NCBI GenBank assembly: GCA_051294905.1
Contig: CM119371.1
Span: 38,504,001 to 38,568,000 of the forward strand
DNA: 64,000 bases
Source: Botryllus schlosseri
Lineage: Eukaryota
Direction: 5' to 3'
Under the pieces are notes generated by a model. It did no database searches. It was not told the DNA's origin and worked only from the letters and a program-made list of their open reading frames with translations. The position numbers and the translations under genes were made by a program. Positions 47,601 to 59,600 of the stretch are shown piece by piece (position 1 is the first letter of the stretch; each line of letters begins with the position of its first letter).

Positions 47601-50600
47601 TTAGCCCCCTTTGCTATTTTCGCCCACTTGTTTCTCAAAATCGCCCACTGGAGGATGGTATCGCTCACGTTGTGAACCACTGGTTTAGATTTTACTGCAT
47701 ATTCGCTTAGGCCTATCTATCATTTACAATCCATTTTGATTGCAGGCCTTGCTAGGCTGTCACGACTCGGTGGCTAAACGCAGCAATTTGACCCCAGGAA
47801 AATCAGACTCAAAGACATCAAATGGATCCAAGAGTCTTCCTACGAAGAGTAAGTTCCCTGTGGTGTTCTGCTCTATGAGGGCAGGTTTCAAAGTATGCAA
47901 AAATTGTCTGTGTTTGCAACTAGTCGAGAATTGAAAATAACTTTGTATATCAACAATCCTATCACCAACTATGATGACACTGATGTGAAAATTCGAGTAA
48001 TCCAGGCGAGCAGATAGCTTAAGATCAATCTACTATAGAGATTGTATCTATATTCCTGTTCCTAGAGCTTCTCGGAGGTAGAGGACTACAATATAGGCTA
48101 CCATTGAATAGTATATTCATATTGAAATGAACCCGTATATTTTCGGCTGATACTCGTCCAATGTTCTATATAATATTAATGAATAATATAGAATATACAA
48201 AGTTATTTCCAATTCTCTACTAGTTGCTGACGATTACTCCTGACGAGTGTCAGCCCAAAATATTCCGGTTCATTTTGATATGAATACACTATTCCGGTGC
48301 TTTTCAACCTTTTTGAGCTTCATTCGCACTTTTTTTGTAAAATTAATTTCATTCGCACAAACTAACCAGAAATTGTTATACAAAAAGTAGATGAAAATAC
48401 GACATTTATTTGTTCAGATGTGCAACAAATTGGCTACTATGTATCGTAAGTTATCAAGTGCCTCTTTAAAAAGGCTACCGGTACTATTTTCGCTCGTTTT
48501 GATTTCAACAATTTCACTAAAACCCCTTTCGGCCAAACAAGTTGTCGGGTTTTATACAAGAACGCCTACTAGTGCCTAGATGGCCAGGTCTTAAAATCTG
48601 TTCTGCACTCCTATCCAAAATACAACGTATTTTTCACGAGTGATAAATGCTTGCTGGAAGAAATCGATTTTGATAGCTGACAAAAAGGTCTAGGAGGCTC
48701 CAATATGTAGAACGGGTGAAAAACCCACTTGTTTGTATCGAGGCATTTGCCTCATGTCTTGGAAAATAAGGCCCAAACGATCAAGCAGAGTAGGCATTAG
48801 GCACATTAGAGTCCGCTACCTTATGATACGTTGCTCCAACTTTTTTTTCAATTTCCCATTTTCTGTCTCGCTAGTATATGTGGGAAGAGCAAATAAACTC
48901 ACGATACTGTGTGTTCTGCTCTTTAGCTCAATCTAACTTGAGAATTCATAACAGTTTAATAACGTTAAAGCAGCGTTTTAGATTAGGCCTACTACCAAAA
49001 TCTGAGTTTTTGCGGCATCTCGCAACCCGAGCCTCACCCATGAAACGGAATTCAATATCCATATTACAGTAGTATGCTACGATTTTACGGACATGTAGGC
49101 CTATGACATACAGAACGCGCACACCATAATTCTATCCAACACTGATCTACAAAATATGTCTGACGCACGCGATTTCAAATTAGGGTGAATTAAATTCCTC
49201 GGCGTGTCTACTGTCTACTCAGATTGCAAGAACGGGACTATTCCGTGCCGATAACGGAGCATATCTATACCGAATGGTTTGGTGATCCTGAATCGGTAAT
49301 TTTTGGCCAAGGTTCTGTCGACGCTCATGTTTTGGCACCGCATTTTATCAGCGGCTTGTTGGCCAAAACGTTACGTCGTCATGTGACCCGACGCAGACGG
49401 GGTTGGCCTCGAAATGAACGAGTTTCACAGACCCGAACTCGCTCGTTGCACATCTCTAGTCCCTACACTAGTTCATCCCAACGCTCTTTGACCATGTTTA
49501 CAAGTCGGACAAATCTTATCATGAATTCTCATGATAAAGTCATATTTTTTGCGTGTCACGCTTGCTGGCTACAGTACCCAACATAGTAACCTTGGATATG
49601 TAAAAACTATCGCAGCATTTCGTCATTCGCACTGAATTTTTTTCATTCGCACATGTGCGAACCGTCACACAGGTTGAAAAGCACTGCACTATTCTATTCT
49701 TATCACTTTATGAGCAAATGGTCAATCTCCACTTCATCATGTAGTATGGATATAAAAAATTATTATAGTTGGGAGTTGTCACTGCAGGCATTTTCAGGGT
49801 CTCAGTAATTCAATCAACCTATAAGGTGATATTTCATCAACTCATCATCAATTCTTGAGCAAAATATGTAACGCCCCAAATGTATATATAATGGTTTCTC
49901 TAAACACATGAACGTGTTTGGAATCATCTCAAGACTACTGCATTATTGTGCCTTGTAGTATGTCAGCATCCAAGGAATCATTCACCACCATTCAGTAGGC
50001 TACTGTAAGTAAATATGTCCCCTGAGATATACGTCATGCAACATTCCTTGTGTAGTATTGAGTCAATAGGCCTTTGACTTGTGTTGGTTTCTAAGACATT
50101 ATTCTGCCTATTGTGCAATGTGCATCCTAGATGTATCCTGTGCTGGTAGTAGGGTTCACTTGCGAAATTGTGTCCTTGTTTTCACTTCCTTGTTGTGGTA
50201 ATGTATAGGCCTACAATGTATAGACTTGCATGCATAACATATTATGTTCTGGTCCCACATTGCTGACTTAATTAGAGACTTTTCTATGCTGTGCTTAGTA
50301 ATTTGAAGACGCAGGGGAACCAGTACTTTCCTGTGTGGCTTATTATTATAATATGTTGTGTCATGACTTCAGCAGTGTTTAGTATACCATGTAAAATACA
50401 GTTACTGACCCAAATCCCATGGAATGGAGGATTGAATTAGTCTGAATGTTGATCGACTATATACATTTTGTTACAATTGGATTTGATTGAATAGTATATT
50501 CATATTGAAATAAACCGGATTGATTGGCTGACACTCTATAATATATATTTGTGATACGATTGTTGATATACAATGTTCTTTCCAATTCTCTACTAGTTGC

Positions 50601-53600
50601 TGACGATTACCCCTGACGAGTGTCAGCCGCAAATATATTTCAATATGAATATGCCATGCAATTGTATAATGTATATTGTATGTGTGTACCTCTAAATGTG
50701 TTTTTAAGAGTAATTTGAGTCTACTTCGATCAAATATTTAAACTTCAACTCTCAGAACTGGATATTCTCAGTTCTGAAAATTCCATTACACCGTTCACAA
50801 TGGTGATTGTGAAACATATTGATTCATCTGTGTAACCTGGCCAGGACCCTATTTACAGACAAGTGTTAATGAGTATTTCTGTGTGTTCCAGCCTCCAAAT
50901 GGGTTCTCGTATTTGGAATGTCTTGTTGACATTAGACACTGTCGCCGCCTAATTCAATATTCCCTAACACAGTTCACAGGACTGTGTCAATTTGCTGTTC
51001 TGTCTCAATATTTCATTGAAACTACTTCTTGCAATTGTTCTTTTAAGCTAAATTCTGAATTTGTATTGTGTTCATTTTACCGCATAGGGTAAATCTCTCA
51101 ATCAATGCATAGCAAACTTTTCAAAATACTCAAAATACTTCAAAATACTTTATATTGTTACAGTGACAGAAGAAACGCCGATGAGAGCTGTTAGAATGGT
51201 CGGGATGTACAAGAAGTCATGGGAGCCGTTGGTAAATAGATAACTCTATCTAACTAAGTGAAAGAATTGAGATTAACCCCCGGACGATTCCAAATCAATC
51301 CCTCAAAGTTAAGAAACATTCATGTATTGGATGTGTATTTTTAGACTCAAGTTCTGTAAGCCGAGAACAGGGGTCACCAACCTATTTGTAACCAAGAGCT
51401 AGTTATTTGGTACCGATTAATGCATGCAGGGTTATAACCAAGTAACAAGTCGAATTTACTTTCATAATTTTGACTCGAGTTCGAGTCATAGTGTTGTGAC
51501 TCGAGTCCAAGTCATTGTTTTCACTGTTCAATTTTGAGTTCCATCCGTTTCAACCCACTTTTTGCACTCTGCTCAAGTGATATACAATGGCTCGCAATTC
51601 ATAATACCGTCATTTTCCTCAGTCCTAACAGTTTCTGGCCCTATTTTCAGAGTATGAGGTCTGATAAACGAAATATCGATAATGTGGTGACTACTATTCT
51701 TCGAATTTGCAATGAAATATCTGTCTTGGCCGACCTAGTGTCGAGTCATATGACTTGTCTCGAGTCATGCACATTGACTCGAGTACAAGTCGAGTCAATA
51801 GACAAATTGACAGGAGTACTAGCCGAGTCATTTTACGCATTTGTAAAAATGACCTGAGTCAAGACGAGTCACAATAAAATTTGTGACTCAAGTCGAGTCA
51901 TGACTCAAGTCAATCCAACCCTGATTTTTCGGCCCCGTTAGTCGAATATATCTCACTGAACGTCCTAACATTTTCGCCCCCCCTTTGGTATTTTCGCCCC
52001 CTTGTTTCTCAGAATCGCTCGCGTGGCCTATCCAACCGATAACAAAAATATGTTTTTTTTCGATGCATTTCCAAAACTTATACTGACTAGTAACTAGTTT
52101 GACCATGTCTGCTCGTGTGCCACATACCTGTACTGTACTATTTCAGGGCATCACTGTCGTGAAAGAGGACAAGCAATTGAAGATAGCCAGGATACTTCAA
52201 GGCAGTGAGATTGATAAGAAGGGTCTACTGCACATTGGTATGTGTCACTTTTTATATCGGATTCGAGCATTGAATGTTGCTTAGGGAAATAGACTCTGGT
52301 GTTCCATCAAGGTAATTTTTGCGTTTCCTTCCTTCAAAATGTCTCTGCGTATTTGTAGTGTCGAACTATTGAAGCTGTGCTTTTCATTGCAGTATAACAA
52401 TGTCAATGCTAGCACGTAAATGAGTGGGAATATGGTTTTCTGTACACACTCGAGCAGTGTTTTTCAAAAGCGGTGTCCTTTTGAGGACCGCGAAGCATGT
52501 TCAAAAAATTCTAACGATCCAGAAAAATGATGTTTTGAAGCATGAAAGATTTTAGCAAACTTATTTTTTAAACCAAACTCGAATGTGGCCTGACAATCTA
52601 TTATTAAACAACGTGAAGTAGGATATTTTGTTGCACTGGGGCTACTTCTTCAAGGAGTGCCTCTGTAATACACTTCTGAGTCCTACTCAATTCCCAGTAT
52701 CACATGAATCTCTTGAAATTCAATATTCATACTGAAATGAACCCAAATATTTTCGGCTGACACTCGTGAGGGGTAATCGTCAGCAACTAGCTGAGAACTC
52801 AAAAGAGCATCGTATATCATCAATCGTATCACAAAATATGACGTCACCAGCATGAAATTTCGAATGAGAGAGCGTTCAATGTACTATTTTTAGGTGATAC
52901 ACGAACTCCTTTTGTCAACGAGTGTCAGCCGAAAATATTCAGGTTCATTTCAGTATGAATTCACTATTGAATTGTATATTGAAGTCCTGTTCTTCCAAGA
53001 AGCTGTTCAAATCTCCTGAACATGAATGAAAATTGTTGTGCAATACCAACGAAACCAGCTCGATCGCTGTGTAATTTTCCAGACGACATCATTCTGGAAG
53101 TGAACGGCACCGCGATAAACGGCGACCCAAAGATTTTGAAAGACTACTTGATCAAAGCCACGGGATCGATCGTATTCAAAATACTTCCGAGTTACGAGGA
53201 AAACCAAGTGCCCAAACTGGTAAGTGGAGGCGGGGTGGGATTATGTTGCGTCTGATCGGCAGACCTGTACAAATCACTGGATTTTCAAAATGCTTAACTA
53301 GAACTGGAACTACTCACTTTTGAAAATATGCGACAAGAGGTGGAACCACACAAAAAGCATTCGTTAGCTGAGCATCAGCTACCTAGATTAGTAGTTTGTA
53401 TGTGTATAAGTTTGCCTATCAGATGCTGTTTTTCAGGTCTTCTCACTCTCCGGGGTTGTAACCAAGTCGCAAGGTTCCAAATCTCAAGTCGACCTCATGT
53501 TTATAGTTTTGACTCGTGTCAAGTCGAGTCATTTTCAATTCACCACCGAGTCAAGTCCGAGTCCATAGTGTTCTACCTCGAGTCTAAGACACTGTTGAGT

Positions 53601-56600
53601 TCAGTTTCCAGTAAAATCCACTATTTTTAACTCTGTTCGAGTGATATAGAAAGGCTCGCATTCATGATATCGTAATTTTCCTCAGTCCTAACACTTTCTG
53701 GCCCTATTTTGCAAGTATCAGGACTGATAGACGAAATAGCAATTATGTGGTAGCTTTACTATTCTTCGAAGTTACAACGAAACATCTGTTTTGGCCTTCA
53801 TAGTCTCGAGTCATATGACTTAATTTCGAGTCATGCACAATGACTCTAGTATAAGTTGACTCGATACAAACATTGACTCAAGTCGAGTCATCACACCCTA
53901 CAACGAAAGTAATAAAATTGTAGATGTTTCTTTACCTCCCATGGCTGATACCAATATTTTTGGCAAAGTGTGATATCTACTCCATATTATCGGCAAACAG
54001 TCCTGACTCCGGTCATGCTTTCAAATCCTCACCGTGACAAACTGGGAAGGAAATTCTCTTTTGTTTCAGTTATACCTCAAGTGTCATATCGACTATGACC
54101 CGGAGAAGGACAAGCTCACTCCCTGCCACGAGGCCGGCCTTGGATTCGCGAGGGGTGAAATTTTGCAAGTCGTAGACCAGACCGATGCCGATTGGTGGCA
54201 GGTGCGTACTAAAAGACTTTGACTACGGGATAACAGCATTGTCACAAAGTGCTATGAGATATGCATGGTCAAAATATGCCAAATTATCTTCAACGTGATG
54301 CAGAACTTGACATTATATTTTTTGTGGTCATGTAAAAAGGTACATAGGTTCTTGAAATTTCCACATTTTTCATACTGTTGTGATGTCGCTATTAGTGATA
54401 CTCGAATACTAGATTCGAGGCTTAATACTAGATTCAGAATCAAATCACTCAGGTACTAGGTTTAACCTAGCCTTAATTGTGTCGCATCAAATATATTGAA
54501 TGAAGGGCGGCTTTACATACAGTGGTTCCCAACATTTTTGGCTTCGTTCCCCACTTCAGATTTATTCCGAGTCTTCATTCCCCACTACCCAAAACTCCTA
54601 TGCACCCTTTAAACTTTTTATAAATTCTGAAAGCTCAAAGAAAGCAGATAATTTTGAAGAATTTTCGGCTATTAATAATGTGTTGACTGAAAAAGAGGTC
54701 ATCAATTTCACTCGGCTCCTGATTTTTTACGAAACTCTGACGTTCGCCGCATCAGAGTCGCATTTTTCATGGCATTTCAGAGAAAACGAGGACAAATTCC
54801 CAAGAACGAGGAAATTTAGGCGTCCTTCGAGGACACTTTCAATTTATAATTTTGGATGCATAGTTTCCAGTGCAGTTAACTGGTAACGGTAATCGCACAT
54901 GTGTCTCCATGAATATTTCGACTATCCCGTATATAACGTTGAACAAATGGTTTTATTCCCCACCAGAAACCATTGAATTCCCCACCAGTTGGGAACCACT
55001 GGTCTGGTCTACAATGTATCGTAATTGTGTAAATCCTTTAACTGCAGGCGAGGCGTGTCAATAACAAAGGCGAACCTCGTGGTAGAGCAGGACTGATACC
55101 GAGCCAATCGCTGGAGGAAAAACGAAGGTCGATGCAAGAGATAAACTCCATCTTGCCAGAAGGTTGGTTCACTGAAAATACATTCATTTGTTGCCACTGA
55201 TATCCTGATATAAGTGAAATCATTTACGTTGTGCAGTATTCTCTTACCCACGAAAACATGGCGATCGCAAACCAGGGTTCCCTATGAACTAGTCAATATA
55301 TGTAGTGGTAGACCTACAGTGTTGCTTCTGACAACCTATCAATTTCGGGGGGTAGCCAGTGAAATTTGAGACATTTCCATGAATATTTTTATCAAATAAA
55401 TACAAAATTTTCTACAACCATAACTTTGCTCCAATCTAGTACTTCAACGTTCAACTAACTGCTGGTTTTTTGAGTGGTCCTAGTTCTGGTTGTGGATTTG
55501 AACGGCAGTTTGTACAAGAATACGTATAAATTTATGGTGTTTATAGTTGGCTCATATGGTTGGTGTATTTTGATAAAACTTTTATCAAAATACACCAACC
55601 AAAACTCTGTCAACAAAAGGAGTTCGTGTATCACCTAAAAATAGTACATTGAACGTTCTCTCATTCGAAATTTCATGCTGGTGACGTCATATTTTGTGAT
55701 ACGATTGTTGATATACAATGTTCTTTCCAATTCTCTACTAATTGCTGACGATTACCCCTGACGAGTGTCAGCCGAAAATATTCGGGTTCATTTCAATATG
55801 AATATACTATTTAATTGTATATTGAAGTTCTGTACCTCCAAGAAGCTCTTCAAATATTCTATCCTCAAAAACGCCAAGAACACGGACTGTTTCGCTCACC
55901 GTCTGAATTATTGGTGTTTCTTTGTGTGGGATTCATGGTGTCTGTCGACTGCAATGGTCACCAGGCTGATATTTCTTACTTTTTTATTCTGTATCTGTCG
56001 ACTTGTAGCACGGCCCACTTCTAGGCTTTTTTAAGACAACAGCCTAACCTCGAACGATAAACCTCGAACACTTAGGTAGAAATTCTGTAGTCGGACTCGA
56101 ACCCACAACCCATTGGTGTTGCGGCCGTTATTATATCAAAAAATTTCTATAAATTCAATTACTTATGTATATCTTGTTACAGATAGAAGGAGATCAAAAA
56201 AGAGAAGGTCCACGCGAAGAATGTACAGCGTGTCGCAGAATTCGGCTTTCGACAAGCACGACATTGCGGTGTATGAAGAGGTAGACTTTCAAATTTTGTT
56301 TGAATCTACTCTTACTGTTCGTGAAGTGATCTGATGACCTGAGGTGTTGAGAAGGACATTCGTTTGCTTTATCGGAGCACTCAAACATGATTTTTCTTAT
56401 TTGCACAGCGTAAAGTTGTAGATTTTACATCACTCCCGCTATGCCATTACTTGATAGGGTTGGAGTTCTTCCGATGCTGCTAGATCAGCTTTTCGACAAA
56501 ACTACTTCCTTCCTATATTTTTATCTTATTTTTGATACCATAAGACAATTTTGGGACAAGTTTGCTTCATTTTTACTGGTGAAATTGTCATAAGAACTTT

Positions 56601-59600
56601 GTATCGTAGTAACTGAATATATGTTCTGCAGGGTTGTAACCAAGTCACAAGGCTCACAATCACAAGCCAATCTCACTTATATAGTTTTGACTCGAGTCAA
56701 GTCGAGTCATTTTCAATTCACCACCGAGTCAAGTCAGGTCCTAGTGTTTTGACTCGAGTCAGAGTCCAAGTCATTACGTTCACTATTCAATTTCAAGTTC
56801 AATCCGGTTCAAGTCACTTTTTCAACTCTGCTCGAGTGACATAGAATGGCTCACATTCCTAATATCGTAATTTTCCTTAGTGCTAACAGTTTCTGGCCCT
56901 GTTTTCAAGTATCAGGACTGATAGACGAAATACCAACAATATTGTGGCGACTTCATCGGAGTTACAATGAAATGTCTGTCTTTGCCGTCGTAGTCTCGAG
57001 TTATACGACTTGGTTCGAGTCATGCACCATGACTCCAGTATAAGTCGAGTCAATACAAAAATTGACCCGTCGACTCATTTCATGCATTTCAAAAAATGAC
57101 TTGAGTCAAGTCGAGTCACCAAAAAAATCGTGACCCGAGTCATTAAAACCCTGCCTCCAACTAACTGCTAAAACTATCCTAGTACCCTAGAAGTCACTTG
57201 CATGTTTGTTTTTCAGACATGTCAATTTGTGGTTGCACTTGGAGTAGTTTTTGACATACCGCATCTTGCAATCGCTGCTAGTGTAGTAATTTTTTGGACA
57301 TTTCGCAGGTGGCTTGCATTCCTCCCATATCGAGAAAAACTATTGTCATTCTGATGCAAAGTATGTCAGCTGCAGAGACAGTCGCCAGGCGGATTGCGGA
57401 TTTAGAGCCGGAAGTCTACGGCATTGCCGACAACGGTCAGAAGCTATTATACTTCATATGTTTCAGTCATCACATGTGAAATGGATTGGTATATTCATAT
57501 GGAAACGAACCCGAATATTTTCGGACGACACTCGTCAGGGGTAATCGTCGGCAACTAGTAGAGAATCTCATGTGTGCCTTAAAGACAACGTTTGTCAAAA
57601 TACACCAGCCAAGGCTGGGCCAACAAAAGGAATACGTGTAGGCTACTATCTAAAAATAGTACATCGAACGCTCTCTTATTAGAAATTTCATGCTAGAGAC
57701 GTCATATTTCGAGATACGATTGTCGATGCACGATGCTCTTTCCAATTCTCTGCTAGTTGCTGACGATTACCCCTGACGAGTGTCAGGTGAAAATGTTTAA
57801 GTTCATTTCAATATGAATGTAGCCAAATAAATATTCAGTGCAATGTTTTCGTTAGCGTGAAAATTATACTTCAACAATTTTGTTCTTTCAACACTATGTT
57901 GAAGCAAAGTTCATATTCTAGTGCATCTGTAATCTTCAGTAATATGTTACATGTGTATTGTGGTAGGTTTTTGTTTTATGACTCACAAACAAATTAGGTT
58001 TTGCGAAGACTTGTAGATTAGCATAAGTTTGCGCAGGTTGGTTATGGTTTAGAACAGTGGTTCCCAACCTTTTTCGACCCATCGCCCCCTTTTCAAGGTC
58101 AACACCGATCATCGCCCCCCAAATTTTGTGTACCGAAAATTTGGCATACAAACTGTAATCACCGGCGGGTTGACTAAAAAAAAAAAAAAGGTCAAATTTT
58201 CGGCTCGACGTCTAATTTGACACACTTTTGTAACTAAATTTCCGTGGGTTGACTGAAAAAAAAAAAAAGGTCAACCGTTTTGACTCGTCATCGCCCCCCT
58301 GTCGCCCCCTTCGTCATTTTCGCCCCCCTACACTGCCAAATCGCCCCCTGGGGGGCGATATCGCCCACGTTGGGAACCACTGGTTTAGAAGCACTGGTCT
58401 AGATCTTATCCGAATTGGTTTTTATAATTTCATGATTTTTTTGTTTTTAGCGGCTACGCTTTCTCGAATGTCAACGCTTTCCAGATCAAAAGACGGCAGA
58501 GAAGAATTGAATGGTTGGTGTTATGACATCATTATCGGAGACGGACCACTAGAAAACTTCAGCTTTTCCAAATTTGTTTAGAATTAGAATTATAGTTACA
58601 TAGTGTACATTCCAAATTGTATTAGAATTATAACTACACATTTGAGTCGAACCATCCTTTTGGGTTGATTGCAGAGATGCTGACCGAATAGCCGGCTAAT
58701 CTCTGATCGCTCTAATTAGGCATAATATAATCCGCAAGTAAAGTCACCTGGTGGCCGTGTTGCACAAATGTCTGCGATTTGAACTATATCACTGGCTCAA
58801 ATTGACGCGAATGACGTGCGTCAGCATCATGCCTGGGGTGCGTTTGGACCGTGTTGCCCTTTTACCCTTCGTGGTATTTTTGGACTGATCATCGTGACAT
58901 GACATACCCAGCCTGGTGATTCGAATTTAGCAGATTAGAATTCTACGATTAGTGGCTAATCGTCATCTGTGGAACGGAGGCTGGACAATTACTGACATTT
59001 TAATCGGCGATCACGTTTGATTGGCATCTGCGTAACATTAGGGTTACCATATTTTAGAACCAGAAATGAAGGCATTTTTCACGAGCTGCAAAAGTGAATT
59101 TCATTGAGTTGACTAAAAAAAAAGTTAATTTTTCCAACTCAACTTTGGAAATACCCGGGTCTCGCCAATTCGGCTCACATTTACCGTAATTTGCGGTCTT
59201 TATGGGCATTTTAGGCCAAAAATAGAGATAAGCGATGGGTAAACGTTTCCTGAAAATTGAGAAAGTATGGCAACCCTATAGCCTACAACCAAGTCTTAGG
59301 ATGTTGTAATACTCCCTTGCCCTAATGTTTGAAGCGATTCTTGGACCGTCAAGATAGCGTGAGGGTTAAGCGTCCGGCTTCTTAATCGGTAGGTCGTGGG
59401 TTCGATTCCCGGCCGGGTCAGACCAAAGACCTGATTAGTAACAATGGTATCCATGACCTCCCTGCTTGGCGCTCATGCATTACTGGGATAGCATGGAGGG
59501 GTGGTGCATGACTTTGAAAGCTGTACAAGGCTATACCTTCACTTCCTTGTCCAGCAGCATATGCACATCACGCACTCATGGTATGCATATGCGCAGATCG

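Noticed and set aside
49959..50004. Possible extra MPP exon (TAG acceptor, GTAAGT donor)
   Set aside because: 46 nt would shift the frame between the phase-1 neighbouring exons; at most a poison exon, unsupported
59344..59420. Additional tRNA genes at SINE heads (also 47248 and 20702)
   Set aside because: Poor cloverleaf pairing, and each continues into a shared SINE body
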